Assembly (NCBI RefSeq): GCF_006345805.1
Contig: NC_043003.1
Location: forward strand, 35,650,001-35,714,000
Length of the DNA stretch: 64,000 bases
Origin: Octopus sinensis
Taxonomy: Eukaryota
Direction: 5' to 3'
Shown: piece by piece, positions 27,892 to 41,700 of the stretch
Layout of the letters: every line of letters begins with the position of its first letter
Position numbering within the stretch: position 1 is the stretch's first letter
Translations under genes and position numbers: made by a program
The notes under the pieces: generated by a model
What the model saw: the letters and a program-made list of their open reading frames with translations, nothing else
What the model was told of the DNA's origin: nothing
The model's database searches: none

Positions 27892-28030
27892 AAATTTAAG
27901 CCCCGTAGCTATAGTTTCATTAGGAACTATTCAGATAGATCTCAACAGATGGATAGAGAAATGGTGTTATTAGGGACAGCTAGAAAACTTAGGAGGGTTC
28001 TTGACGTCTATGTTGCCTTATTGTAGCTCG
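27230..28030 (+). mobile_element. Decayed R4/Dong-like (RLE) LINE C-terminus interrupted by (GTA)n
   Basis: IILDKVSKECIIFDVGV...AKEQGKMKY (RLE PD..D region) and MVLLGTARKLRRVLDV (terminal motif); microsatellite at 27690-27890. Confidence 0.6.
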
Positions 28031-28192
28031 ATGCTAGGAATTTTTCTTTTCTAACAGTTTAATCTGCTGTGCCAATATGAAATAATAATAATAATAATAA
28101 TAATAACAATAATAATAATAATACGAAGAAGAAGACGAAGAAGAAGAAGAAAAAGAAAAAGACGAATAATAATAATAATAATAATAATAACA

Positions 28193-28568
28193 ATCTGACG
28201 ATATGTGCATCTCTGATCACGAGCAGAAGTAGTGGGGGAGCATCATAGCCATGTGTTGAGAGGGATTCTTTGGGGTTTGAATAATTCACCTCTGGCAACA
28301 TGGTTGGTTCTTTCAACATCCTTAAACAACCCTTATTCAGGGACCGTTTGAGCGGGATGGGCTACTCAACCTGAAGAAAATTCTAATTGGGCCCCACCTG
28401 CAAGGTCATGTGCTGTTTATCTTGATATGAGATCACCATGTCGCGCACATATGGTTGTGATGCATGTGCCTGGTGTACCCTTACCAGACGGGTAGTCATG
28501 ATGGCTATATTGGGCTTCGTATATTTTACCCCAGTGTCACTTTGATGGCATGACCTGCTCTCTCACTC

Positions 28569-28570
<2 letters not shown>
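28193..28570 (+). mobile_element. Interspersed repeat with (AAT)n tail, probable LINE 3' UTR (copy 1 of 3)
   Basis: Collinear with 28690-28985 and 29850-30350; ends ctctctcactcaataataat. Assignment to a LINE is inference. Confidence 0.65.
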
Positions 28571-28625
<55 letters not shown>

Positions 28626-28689
28626 TATTATTATTATTATATTATTATTATTATTATTAGTATTATAATAATAATAATATCAATTATAA

Positions 28690-28985
28690 TGATGCAGTAA
28701 CTGATTGGAAGTGTTATCAAGTACATTGTTTTGTCTTAGTATAAACGATGGACTACAGCAAATATTTTGCTCAGTACCACATATTTGCTTGTCAGTGGTT
28801 TGGCCTTAACCAGTTGAGCATGTCGCTTTGTGGCCTACGATATGTGCACCTCTGATCTCGAGCAGGACAGCATCATAGCCATATATTGAGATGAATTCTT
28901 TCGGGTTTGAATAATTGAGCTCTGTAAACATGGGTATTTTGTTTATCATCCTTAAAACAAACCTTATTCAGGGACCTCTTGAGTA
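28690..28985 (+). mobile_element. Same repeat, copy 2 (3'-truncated)
   Basis: ctgattggaagtgttatca...ttattcagggacct matches 29855-30140. Confidence 0.65.
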
Positions 28986-29011
28986 TGATGAAAGCCATCA
29001 TGACTACCCGT

Positions 29012-29327
29012 CTGATAACTGGTACTTAATTTATCAATTCCGAAAGGCAAAGTCGACAGAGTTTGAACTCAGAACGTAGCGGCAGACGAAATATCTATTT
29101 CTTTACTACCCAGGGGCTAAACACAGAGGAAACAAACAAAGACAGACAGACGGAGTAAGTCGATTATATCGACTCTAGTGTGTAACTGGTACTTATTTAA
29201 TCGACCCCGTAAAGATGAAAGGCAAAGTTGACCCCGGCGGAATTTGAACTTAGAACGTAGCGGCAAACAAAATACCGCTAAGGATTTTCACCGGAGCGCT
29301 AACGTTTCTGCCAGCTCGCCGCCTTAG
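29012..29327 (-). mobile_element. SINE family B dimer
   Basis: Minus strand ggcggcgagctggcagaaacgttagc... has the same two-module layout as 6271-6670. Confidence 0.8.
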
Positions 29328-29849
29328 GTTAAAAAAATATTATCACAATAATTAGAAAATATAGTACAGACTACCTCAGATCTTGTCCTATTAGAATGTA
29401 AATACTGGAGGGAAACGACATGAAAAGTAAATGTACAGAAAAACTAGGAATTACGAAAATATCTCCAGGAGACAAAACCGAAAAAAGAGACACAGCGTGG
29501 CAAATATCAGACATAGCAGAGAGACCCCTCCCCACCAAAAAAAAAAAGAAAGTAAGAAAGAAAGAAAAACCAGAAACGAAGTATCCTACATCAAAACAAT
29601 TTTAACAAAAGTTCCTTCCTAAATGGAAAGGTATCAATCGGTATGAAAAGCGACAACGATTCTCGCAATAAAACACATACTTTGACTCTAACACATAAAG
29701 ATTTTATCAAGAACTATATAAAAGAAAAAAGAAATCAATGCAGTATGTGAACTCACTAGTTCAAAGAACGTAATTAAATACCTCACGGCAGTTAATCGTT
29801 TGTTCTACTAAATATGCCATCCACAACTCTAGGCACTCATGGCTTCTGA

Positions 29850-30355
29850 TCACAACTGACTGGAAGTGTTATCATGTACATTGTTTTTTCTTGGTACAAA
29901 AGATGGGCTACAACAAATATTTTACTCAACACCACACATTTGCTTGTCAGATGTTTGACCATAACCATTTGATCACGTCCCTTAGTGGCTCACGATGTGT
30001 GAATCTCTGATCACGAGCAGAAGTAGTGGGGGTGCATCATAGCTGTGTGTTGAAAGGAATTCTTAGAGGTTTGGATAATTCATCTTTGGAAACATGGGTG
30101 GTTCGTTCAACATCCTTAAACAATCCTTATTCAGGGACCTTTTAAGGGTGATGGGCTACTCGACCAAAAGAAAATTCTAACTGGGCCCCACCAGCAAGGT
30201 CATGCGCTGTTTATCTTGATATGAGATTACCATGTCGCGCACATGTGCTTGTGATGCATGTGCCTGGTGTACCCTTATCAGACGGTTAGTCATGATGGCT
30301 TCGTATATTTTACCCTAGTGTCACTTTGATGGCATGCACTGCTCTCTCAGTCAAT
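29850..30355 (+). mobile_element. Same LINE-3'-like repeat, copy 3
   Basis: Collinear with copies 1 and 2; (AAT)n tail from about 30352. Confidence 0.65.
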
Positions 30356-30436
30356 AATAATAATAATGCTAATAATAATAATACTAATAATATGCGCTCG
30401 GTAGTGAAGTGAAAGCACGCTATAAAAATAAAACTA

Positions 30437-30542
<106 letters not shown>

Positions 30543-30565
30543 CCAACCACAACAACAATAATAAT

Positions 30566-31010
30566 AAGCTCATAAAATATAAAGATCTGCTAATCGTAAT
30601 CGGAAAGTTGTGGCATCTCAAGACGGTTACAATACTAGTGATTGTAAGAACACTTGAAATGATCAAAAACGGAAATGAAAATTATTTAAGAATGATCTCT
30701 GGCTTACCATCCATGCAGAAAGTGCAAAATATCGCCTTAACTAGTACGCATTGAGAAAAGCATTGTCGCTCTAAATTTTCTTTCCTTTTTCTCTCTTTAT
30801 TTTATTTTACTTTTCTATTTTTTATTTGCTTCCTTTTTCTCTCTGTCTTGCCTTTTTCTCTATCCCATGACTCTGTAAATGAACAATCTGATATGCCTGT
30901 TTTAGAGGCTTACCAATGTATACAGCACGTTTTTTCTGACCTAGGTATCAGGAAGACACTCGGCAAGAAATGTAAACGGAATTGGAAGAAGGTGCTAATG
31001 AAAATAATAA
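30566..31010 (+). mobile_element. R4/Dong-like LINE 3' end (RLE C-terminus plus 3' UTR)
   Basis: KLIKYKDLLIVIGKLWHLKTVTILVIVRTLEMIK...SMQKVQNIALTS; flanked by (AAT/AAC)n upstream and (AAT)n downstream. Confidence 0.75.
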
Positions 31011-31394
31011 TAATACCATCTCATTTAGTCACAAGGCCTGTATTTTTGAAGTGAAGGGATGAGACAATACTTGGCTGGCACTTTTTCTTGCCCCACCCCT
31101 AAATTATGAAAGGCAAACTTGATTTCGGCTTGATTTGAACTCAGTCTAAACGGTCAAATGATATGCTGCAAAGTATTTGTACGAAGCTAAGTATTCTGGC
31201 AATTGTTTGAATAAAGGTGACGGTGATGATAATAATGAAAAGGAGAGGTTTATGTTGTTCATGGTGATGATAATGCTTAGAATAGCAACAAAAATAGTCA
31301 ACAAGCAAATAAACAGCATAAACAGCTGTAACAACAACAGCACCAACTGCAGTAGCAGCAGCAGCAGCAGCAAAAGCAATAATGATAATATGTT

Positions 31395-31830
31395 TTCCAC
31401 TATAGCCACAAGGCCTGGAATTTGAGAGAGTGGGGTGGTCGATCACATCAACCCTAATACATGACTGGTATTTAATTTATCGTCCTCGAAAGGGTGAAAA
31501 GCAAAGTCGACCTCGGCAGAATTTGATCTCAGAACGTGCAGACAGACGAAATTCCGCTAAGCATTGTTCTTGGTGTACTAACGATTCTGCCACCTCACCA
31601 CTTTAAGAATAATGATATTAATGGGTTCAACTTTTGGCACAATGCCTGAAATTTCGGAAGAGAGAGCAAATTCATTTACATCGACCTTAGTACTCAACTG
31701 GCACCTATTTTATTGCCCCGAGTGTATGAAAAAGAAAGTGGACGTCGGCAAAACCTCTACTCAGAAACTAAAGCTGGAAGAAACAAGACGAAACATTTTG
31801 TCCGGTGTTCTAATGATCCGGCCAGCCAGC
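31395..31830 (-). mobile_element. Two decayed SINE family B copies in tandem
   Basis: gcaaagtcgacctcggcagaatttgatctcagaacg...ctaacgattctgccacctcacc is the reverse complement of the family B head; a second, older copy lies at 31620-31830. Confidence 0.6.
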
Positions 31831-33099
31831 CAATCATTCAACCGCAATTCAGCAGTAATTCAACAGGAGTGTAATTTGTACGGAAGTACGAGAAACGCCA
31901 AGACAGGAAAAAACTGCCGGATCATTGTGTCAACTGAAACTGTAACGAGAAAAGTTAACCTTACCATGGTGAACAATATGAAATGTCCTTGTCAATATTA
32001 AACAACTAAAATGACAAGAGAGAATCTAATAAGAGAGACTTCTCCATACGAACACACGCAAACACATTCAAACACGCACACAAGAAAAAAAATCATGTAG
32101 ACTTTATATTTAATTTTCGATATCACTATATTCTCAGTATCGCGAGAACAATGACTGGGAAATTGCTCGAAATTCAGGACAAGAGATTATTTAATTTCTT
32201 TGAATTGATGCCTTTAATTCGTCAAAGATTTCTGCACTAAACTCCTAGAAAATGTAAAGGTTAACATCCCAGCAGGTAGATTTCAGTAATCACCTTACGC
32301 TTACTAATACTCCAAAATCTAAATATCGGCTTTAAACTTGCTGCAGGCCAGCAGTTTGCTTAAAATATCGGAATTTGGAAAGACGTTGTCAAGGAAAGCC
32401 GACTAAGCTTGCCATTGCCGTCATTTATTATTCAGTGTCACATATTCGCGAATTATGTTAGTCATAAAACAGATCATTGAAATTGATGTCGGCAACAAAT
32501 GAATTGTTGTCCTCAGCAATAGTTGTCCATTATCGAAGAAGCAAACGTCATTATAAGCTTTTAGTTTGCTCGGGTATTTCCTGGAGTAAGTAACCAGAGC
32601 GAGTGAGAAGTACAACACCAAACCAATTTAAATGTTTAACCACTCCCCATCAAATATTTTAAGTGTAGCTAAATTCCATTTTTTACTAAGACAGCTCACT
32701 CAGCTCACAGTATAGTCCTTTATGGGTATCTTAACTAAATTAAAACAGGTGTACTTTGACTGAACCTTCGTTCCAGGGAAAAGAGTAGCTGATTCACATT
32801 GACTCTCCTCTCCAGACGTGAATTGCAGGTCTAATTTTGTGTTCAGCGCAATATGGCACTTTTCCAGTGAACAGCAGACTAAGTTTCCTTTGTGAAAAAG
32901 AATATGACTTGATTTTCCTGCATGTATAAATACGAATTTGCTGTGAAGCTCTCACAATCAGGATGAGCAAGGTTTCCAATATTCATAGCAATCGCACTAG
33001 TATCAAATAACAAGTATGAGAAAGACCATGTTGATGATTAGAAACATTTTCTAAATGTGGCCATTTAATTTGATGAGTAAATAGATGCTGCACATTGCA

Positions 33100-33400
33100 T
33101 CGATGCAGGCTTTGGACAACACTGGTTGTGTTAAGATCATCTAAATATCAAGCAGTGGTGATTGACCCTGCGGAATGTTTTAGGTTTATCTAAGTTGATT
33201 AGAGTTTCACCGAAGCAATATTTAGGATTGACCCATTCTGCTAAGTTCATCATGACGCAAAGATAGACATCAGTATGTTTGTCGAGGGTCATGAATTTTT
33301 TTTTCGCCCCACTATTTATACGACAGTCTCACTATCTATCGCCTAATACAACTAAAACTTTCTCGGTCTAAAGTCAAATTAAATAGATACCTGGTATGTC
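33100..33400 (+). mobile_element. Possible ancient CR1/L2-type RT remnant
   Basis: gaccctgcggaatgttttagg resembles PQGSVLG; HHDAKI resembles YADDxK. Many stops. Confidence 0.25.
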
Positions 33401-33805
33401 AACAATGCAGAGAGACATTGCAATACAATCCATAGATCAAATTATCCGGTTCTTCACACGCACTACACTATAAACAATTAATTAAATACGATACAACTGA
33501 CATAATTTTGCACGGTTAATATCCAGTAACTCACAGAACTAACATTAAACAAACAATACAAAACAGAACAAAAACTAACATAACACAAATCAACAAGGAA
33601 ATCTCCATAATGAAAATGATATTGCTTTCAAAAATTTTAGCAGAAGGACAACACTTTTCACGGTGGTCGAGGACATCAGCATAGTTCTTCACTAATACTT
33701 TATTTGATCAACCACAGGGGCAATGTAACTCACAGCATTAAGAACCGGAACAAATGCAGCTAAGAATAATGGACAGCCCGCTAACGACTGTGCCAGCACA
33801 CCACC

Positions 33806-33838
<33 letters not shown>

Positions 33839-34029
33839 CAACAACAACAGCAACAACAACAACAATAATAATAATTACAGCAATAATAACAACAACAACA
33901 ACAACATCAATAATAATAAAAATAATAATAACAACAACAACAACGATAATTATAACAACAACAACAATAATAATAATAATAATAACAACAACAATAATAA
34001 TAATAACAACAACCACAACAACAATAATA

Positions 34030-34230
34030 ATGTGGCACAAGGCTAGCAATTTCGGTGGTAGGGTTAGTCAGTTACTCATCAAATTAATTCTAGTGCTTGA
34101 CAGCTGCTTTATCGATTTCGAACTATTAAAAGCAAAGTCATTCTCAGCAGAATTTAACTCGGAACACGAAGATGGACGAAATTTTGCATTTTTCTTGGCG
34201 TGCTAACGATTCTGCCAGCTCACTACCGTA
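34030..34230 (-). mobile_element. Decayed SINE family B
   Basis: gcaaagtcattctcagcagaatttaactcggaac...gctaacgattctgccagctcactacc. Confidence 0.6.
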
Positions 34231-36839
34231 GGTAATAATAATTATCTAATTATTATTATGATTATTATTATTGTTATTATTATTATTATTATTATCATCA
34301 TCATCATCATCACCATGATAACAACAACAACAACAACAACAATAATAATAGTGATAACAATAACAACACAATATATCCGGATGCCAGCATACGTGTGAAT
34401 GTATGTGTTCCTAAACTTGATATATATGTAATCATATAAGAAAATTGTGAACTTTGATTTATCTTAGTCATTCATTCTAGAAAGGTATGTGTAAAAGTGT
34501 AACGTAAATTCAAAGGTAAGCAACAATGAACGTAAAATTAATTAACTTGAAACTTTAAGAGAATTTGAAACAAGCTCACAAACAAAAGCTTAAAACAAAG
34601 CAAAAAAAATCCACCAGTTATGCGATTCTGACGTCATATATCACTATAGTTACGTAACTAATCATTCCAAAATGAATTCCAATCAAAAGCTAAATAAGAC
34701 GAAGTTTGTTTCTATCTTTTCTTAAGCTAAAACTATTCTCTAAATAACAGGGAAAAATGTTGATACAGTAAGCGAATGTAAGAGGCGGAAACAAAAGAAG
34801 GTGAATGATTAGATAGACAGAGACAAAGAGAGAATAAAAGAGAAATTTAGAGGGGAATATAAAGTGAGAGAAAGCAAAGAGCACTGAGAAAGAGGGAATT
34901 TGAGAAGGCCAATAGGTTTATTTTAAAGTTATATACATTCCCTTTGAAATTTCTGTACAAAGTAAGGAAAGAAAGAACTTTAGCGTATCAGCAAATTCGT
35001 GTTGGAAAGTGAGGCGGTGGCAAGACATTGGAGCGAGGCTTTTATCTGTGTTCTTGGTATTTCAGAATGTTCTTAGAACACCTGAAGTACCTACCTGCAA
35101 CGGAAATGATGCCAAGAAGCCAATAAGTTCCAAAGAAAATAAATAAAAATGAATAAAAAGAAAAATAGACTGCCATGTTGAACTTAGATATGTATGTATG
35201 TATGTATCTGTGAGTGTGAATACATATATACGTATATGTATTTACACGAATACACACAGACGTGTGTGTGCCTGTATGTGGTTATGTGTGAGCGCGAGTA
35301 TGTATGTGTGTGTGAACAGATATGTATGCGCTTGGTATTGCTTTCTCTGCTTTTGCGCGCATATGTCTGCTTGTATGTAAAGTTTTATGCATGAAAACAC
35401 GTATTTTCTTTATAGAGTTTACTTACAGGCACATACGTATATGCATATACAGATACATATATCCATGGATATCTATCTATCTACATAGCTAGACGAGATA
35501 ATTTATCTATGTAACTCACTCTCTTTATATTAATATGTATAAAACATAAAGGTTACATATATATTTTTATATTTCAGTTCAAATTGAAAAAATGAATATA
35601 TAACCTCGTTACATGTTTCTAGTCGTTTCGTATGTTTGCTATCTGTGTACACATCTCTGTATGCCTGTGTGTGTACGTGCCTGTATGTATGTGTATGTAG
35701 GTTAGTATGTGCGTGATTGCAAATGCGACTGCAATTTTATTCTATGAGCTGCCATTAAGATATTTTTAGACGGTGATTTTTACTCATATGTTGCCACCTC
35801 ATTTTAAGAGTCAACATTATCAAGTTTTTAGTTATTGTCAGTGTCAGTAATGAACGGTGTCGCTATTAAGGAGACACGGATGAAGTAAGGAACATTATTG
35901 AGAGTAAAGAGCATATATCACAATCGGAACACGTATAATCTGAGATCGTGTGCTGAAACAAAAATAATTGCAGCGTGGAAGATTCTTGTAAACCATTAAA
36001 GACACAAATATCGTTAGTTTCACTTCAACATTAAAAATCTGTGTCAAAATATTTTCGTCGCTTTGAAACCGTGACCTGTTCACTGACAAAACTTCACAAA
36101 AGTGATGCATCCCGAAGTTTTGTCATTGAACAGCACACACAAACATACACAGGCACCGCACGCGCACGCGCACACTCACACACACACACACACACAAACG
36201 GATGCACGTGCACACACCCACATTCATCGTCTTTCATTTGTGCGTATGTGTATCTATGTGTATACGCAAATGTGTATTAGTCTGTGTGTGTGTGTCGCTG
36301 TTGAAGTTGTCTTTGGAAACTCTGAATAAGGTACAAGTTTCGAGTACTTGTCGGTAACTTATGTTTTTTCTCCTCGTCTTCGTATAGTAATTACCCAACT
36401 TTATAGACTCTTCCCACAGCTATCACGCGTCCAAATGTTATACGCGTATTTTAGAAAATTTACATTCAATGAATAATAATTTTACATTACGTATACATTT
36501 TTAGTGAATTAAAACTGAAGAGAGAAAGTGAGAGATTTTGCAAACCGAAATGAAATACTCCGCAGTGAATGCAATGAATATTTAAATTCGTGATGAATTG
36601 GACGCAATAAGTATTTAAGTTTGCGAGAAATTGGAGTGTAAAAAAAATCCAATAAACTTGAGAAATCGAAATGATTGGAAATTTTTTAGAACATGAATTT
36701 ATTACAAATATTTCCAGACGCTCAACCCTTTAATAATTGCTTTCTTTTAGTATTTTTAGTAATTGTTAGATACCTAATTATTAACCAACTTTCTCCATTA
36801 TTGTATACATTATTTAATTCATTTCCGGTTCTTATAGCT

Positions 36840-36960
36840 GTATGTATGTATGTATGTATGTATGTATGTATGTATGTATGTATGTATGTATGTATGTATG
36901 TATGTATGTATGTGTGTATGTATGCACGAATGTATGCATGTATGTATCCATGCATGCATG
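36840..36960. repeat. (TATG)n microsatellite
   Basis: Directly visible. Confidence 0.95.
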
Positions 36961-38350
36961 TCATATTCTTGGGAGCAAGATTGTGAAGGAAAGCATCTTG
37001 TATTGTTCATCATCCTTTAAATCGTAAGAAGCTTGTCTTGCAGATTTCCATAGTTCCAGGTATTGTAATCATTTATAGCGTATGAATTAAGGATTTGCGT
37101 TCTCTCACAAAGAACCCATGTTCAACCATACTTTGTGTCATCCTGTTCCTCCAATAATGATAGGTATAAATCTGAAAGTATATCTTGGGTACTGGCTATT
37201 CTGCACTCCTTATTAATGGGCCATGGATATCCTCTTTCTCTTGTATTTTTCTTATCACGTTGGTGTCCAGAGAACAGCTGATTTCCTCAACAGAACATAT
37301 TTTTCTTGTGGTCCCACACAGCAACATCTGTCCAGTTGCATTTTATCTTCGTTTTATCATCTTTAACGTCTACCAACATTCCTTTGACGCATTCGTCTCC
37401 ATATAATCAACTCCATCTGTAGGTGTTTCTTTTTTGCTTTTTATCTTATTCCAGAAGGTTCTGGCGCCTGCATCATGCTTCATGGGAGAATATTATTTGG
37501 AAGACAACGTCTCACATTTGGCAATAACATGATTGTAATTGATGCCCTTAGTCGTAATCTCGCATACAATTGGCCTTCTGAACTGGTCACTACAAGAACT
37601 GAATGAGATAGATGTTCGAATTCGCTAGCTATTCAGTGTTACGGGAAACTTCAACATTAATAGAGAAGTAGATGTGTTATACTTTCCATGCAGGAATGGT
37701 GGCCGCGGTCTCAGGTCTGTATTGATGCCATCTGAAGCATTATTGTGACACTGAAACAATTTATGCAGGATAGTTATTTGATAAGTCAAATAACTATCCT
37801 GCCCAAGTTTGCATCAATTAAATCAATACCATAATTAGAATAGCTAATGAACTTCAGGAGACGTATGAAATAAGAGCGGATACAGATATCTCCTCAAGGA
37901 GAGAAGGTAGTACATGGGTACTAGACACGAGAAACTCAAAACACAGAAGGGATTTATCATGACAAAAGTTTCGTATGTAGTACCGGAAAGTTTATGACAA
38001 AATCCCTTTGAAGACAACCTCCATGCAATTGAAGAGTTTTCCACCAAATGCCCACAGCATATTTATTTTGCGAAGACGTGGTTTCGCATAGGGAAGTAGT
38101 ACCTTGATGACATTTTGGGAACAACTGATGATCATATGTGTAAAGTCTTCCAAAGAAATATGACATAATCTACATTTTCGGTTGCATCCTGGAGCTCGAA
38201 AGGCTTCAGTAATTCTTTTGATTAGGTATTCCTTAGTAACCTCCAACTCCTAGATTGCAATTACATAGCCTTCGAAGTGTGGTGTGACGGAGCGCTTCAT
38301 GTTAGTATTACGGTCTTCTTCAAGCCTTCAGGAATCATACCCATCAATAG
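36960..38350. mobile_element. Mosaic of R4/Dong-like (RLE) LINE fragments in mixed orientation
   Basis: Minus 36960-37480: KHDAGARTFW...DVAVWDHKK...YPRYTFRFIPIIIGGTG. Plus 37480-37990: GLLNWSLQELNEIDVRIR...EVDVLYFPCRNGGRGLRSV. Minus 37990-38350: PHFEGYVIAI*ELEV...CRLC...HMIISC. Confidence 0.7.
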
Positions 38351-38447
38351 TCTTTTTTCGGCATTTATACGCATACACACATAAAAGTCACTGGCTCAAA
38401 TATTATTAGGCAAAGTGTCGATTGAACGAGATATTTCCTATTTTTAA

Positions 38448-38662
38448 GGCGGTAAGCTGGCAGAAACGTTAGCACGCCTGGCGAAATGCTGAGCGGTATT
38501 TTGTTTGTCTTTACGTTCTGAATTCAAATTTCACCGAAGTTGACTTTGTCTTCTATTCTTTCGGGGTCGATAAATTAAGTACCATTTACGTACTGCGGTC
38601 GGTCTGATCGAATGGCTTCTTCCCCAAGAATTTCGGGCCTTGTGCCTAGAGTAGAATAGAAT
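38448..38662 (+). mobile_element. SINE family B monomer
   Basis: ggcggtaagctggcagaaacgttagcacgcc...gggccttgtgcctagagtagaat. Confidence 0.8.
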
Positions 38663-39639
38663 ATATTTCCTATATGATGATTGGAAACTTATTAATGAGC
38701 CGCGGTATTTATGTCAGTTATAATAATTTCTTCCTTTTCTTATTAACAAATGCCAATTCTCCTATTAACTAAGCGATATATATTTCAACACATTGAATTC
38801 ACTATATCTATGAAAATTTTTGTTTCAAATTATGTATATTTCAATAACGTTATTGTGTTTCCTTTTCCTTCTATAATTTACAAGCAATTCTGCAATTTTG
38901 CTTCCATTCAAAGAATGTCTACATTTTATTTTGCAAGAGTTGAAATGTGACATATATTTCAACGGTTATCTTGTTGAGCAAAGTTACTTTAGGTTTTCAA
39001 ATAATTTATTATTTTATATATCTGTTTCCACACTATACCTATAAAACCTGACATATTTGAACTCCGTCCTTAAAACTGAGGTGTTGATGGACAATCAATT
39101 GAATAATCGGTACCATAAAACACAAACTTATGATTCAGGAAGCGTCAGCTGCCAATAAAATATTGTGTGATTATACATACATTACTAAATACATACATAA
39201 CAGACAGGTTACGATGACAGTTTTCTAAATTTCACTTCAAAGCTTGCCTACTTTTCAGTGTAATATTTTAGCTTAAGTAGAAACATTTGTTTTGATTGTT
39301 TATGTAAGGAGAGACTTATTTATCTATCATTCGCCATCGAGAATTTAATGAAACACAACAGCTCTAATATAATCTTTCCTAGTATTTTCCTTGTTTCTTT
39401 TCCAGTTTTCATTTCCCTTTTTTTTTCTTCTCTATCTTATATTTACTTTTTTCATTCTGTAATGTTTCAGCTTTCTCTGTTGTTTATTTTATTATTATCT
39501 TTTTTTTTGTGTGTGTGTCGTATTATTGTTTTTGCTATCTTTATTTCAGTTGGCATCCCAAACATCTCACGATCGAAATATATCCAATTTGTAACTCTTT
39601 GATAGCATCTCTTACACTAGCACTCTTTGTTGTCATTGT

Positions 39640-39654
39640 TGTCGTCGTCGTCAA

Positions 39655-39688
<34 letters not shown>

Positions 39689-39765
39689 GTCATCATCATC
39701 ATCATCACCATCATCATCATCATCGCCATCATCATCATCGTTATTATTATTGTTATTATTTCAAT
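39640..39765. repeat. (ATC)n microsatellite
   Basis: Directly visible. Confidence 0.9.
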
Positions 39766-40851
39766 GCTGCGTTGCTTTTTAGTGGGATTTTAACTTACTT
39801 TGTACTCCTATCCTTCTTGTAAGCTTTAATCGGTGTGAATCTATGAGCTGTCGACATTTTCTGTGAAAACATGGTGTCACTATGATTCTCAAGCATATAT
39901 ATTTTGTATCTTTGTCAACTACATATATTACTTGTTTGAAGGTTAAGAAGTATATTGTTGTGCAGTTAACGGAGCTGGAACGAGTGGGTGTGTGCGTGTG
40001 AAAACAATGCACAGTGTGAGAGTATGTGTTCGTGCTGGCATAGATAGAGTGGAGGAGGGTGAGAGATTAAGAGAGAGTGTGTGAGAGAGTGTATGTGTGT
40101 GTGTGAGGGAGAGAGAGAGAAAGAGGCTCTATCTACTGAGTGATAAAAAGAAGCAAAGTGTGTGTTTGTGTATGGGTGTATTTGTGTATGTTAGCTGAAA
40201 ACAAGAACAGATATTTTATCTCCTTTTGTCTCTTAATTAAATATATATTTAATCTTATTGAAAACAAAATTAGATGAGTTGGAAATGGAATTTAAAGAGA
40301 AGGATAATTATAAAACGAATGGGGTGTAAGAGAAGAGAAAGGAAAAAAAATCAAAATAAATGAGGAAAAAATTTTGAAAAAAAAATTAGAACGAAAAATT
40401 CGACGTAAAATGAATTATTGTTTAAAATAAAGAAGAAAATGTATTGTCGATATGTCTGTGTGACAGGTATTGTTTTGGTAATACATTACTGAAATTTTGT
40501 TACTTAATTCATAATTCTTTGAAGTATGGCTGCAAAATTGGCGTCACATATGTCTGGAAATAGTAAATTCGAAAGTAATGATATCCTATCGTTAAAATAA
40601 AGTACTGAGAATAAGAGAAAAAGCGGAAGAATAGCTTTTTTCCACCATATATTTGAAAATTTTCTGTTGAAGCATTTGGTTAAACAGACATATGTAGCAT
40701 TAAATAGATGTTTACAACAACAACAACAATAATAATAATAACTTGTGTCTTGAAGTCTCTGAGTGAGACTTGGAGTCAATTTGTACAAATACAAAGTAAA
40801 AGTAATAATAATAATAATAGTAATAGTAATAACAATAATAATAATAATAAT

Positions 40852-41400
40852 AAGTGCTGAATCTGTGGACAAAACGGTGAAACCGTATGGCATATTTGCA
40901 GCCAATGTACTAGTCCAGAAGGAATATAAGAGACGCCACGACTTGACAGAGGAAAAATTGTTACGATCACAAACCCGAAGGCATCGTCAAAAATAGAAAT
41001 GCAAAGATCCTATGGGATTTTATGATTCAGTGCGACCATGAGATAGAGAATACGAAGCTGGACATAGTCCTAATTGAGAAAAAAAACAAACTATGCTGGA
41101 TCATAGATATAGCATGCCCAGTTGAAAACAACGTATGCGCTAAGGAAGAAAGAAAAGTCGAGAGATATGACAAGTTAGCTTGGGAAGTTAAGCAGTTGCG
41201 GTCGATGAAAAAGGTAGCAGTAGTACCAATAATTGTCGGAACCCTGGGAAGAGTGAGCAAAAATCTCGAGAAGTACGTGGAACAAATAGGGGCTGTAGTA
41301 CGGATGGAGAACTTACAGAAAACAGCACTGCTTGGAACCGCTCGAATATCCCGGAAGGTGCTCATAAAATAAGAGGTGTTACCTTAGTTCACTGATAGTA
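40852..41400 (+). mobile_element. R4/Dong-like LINE 3' fragment (CCHC knuckle remnant plus RLE endonuclease)
   Basis: ORF 41022-41372 reads IQCDHEIENTKLDIVLIEKKNKLCWIIDIACP...KVERYDKL...VPIIVGTLG...LQKTALLGTARI (PD-(D/E)xK RLE); QKEYKRRHD lies upstream. (AAT)n arrays on both sides. Confidence 0.88.
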
Positions 41401-41431
41401 GATAATAATAATAATGATGATGATGATGATG

Positions 41432-41488
<57 letters not shown>

Positions 41489-41556
41489 GCGGTGCCCCAG
41501 CATGGCCACAGCTCATGAGCTGAAACTAAAAAATCAAAAAAAAAAATAAATAAAAA

Positions 41557-41611
<55 letters not shown>

Positions 41612-41700
41612 TGATGATGATGATGATGATGATGATAATAATAATAATAATAGTAATAATAATAATAATAGTAATAATAATAATAATTGTAATAATAATA

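Noticed and set aside
31612-32001. 129-aa ORF, and the antisense signal-peptide-like MIRQFFPVLAFLVLP
   Set aside because: The first half is a decayed SINE; the antisense frame stops after 21 codons with no convincing donor.
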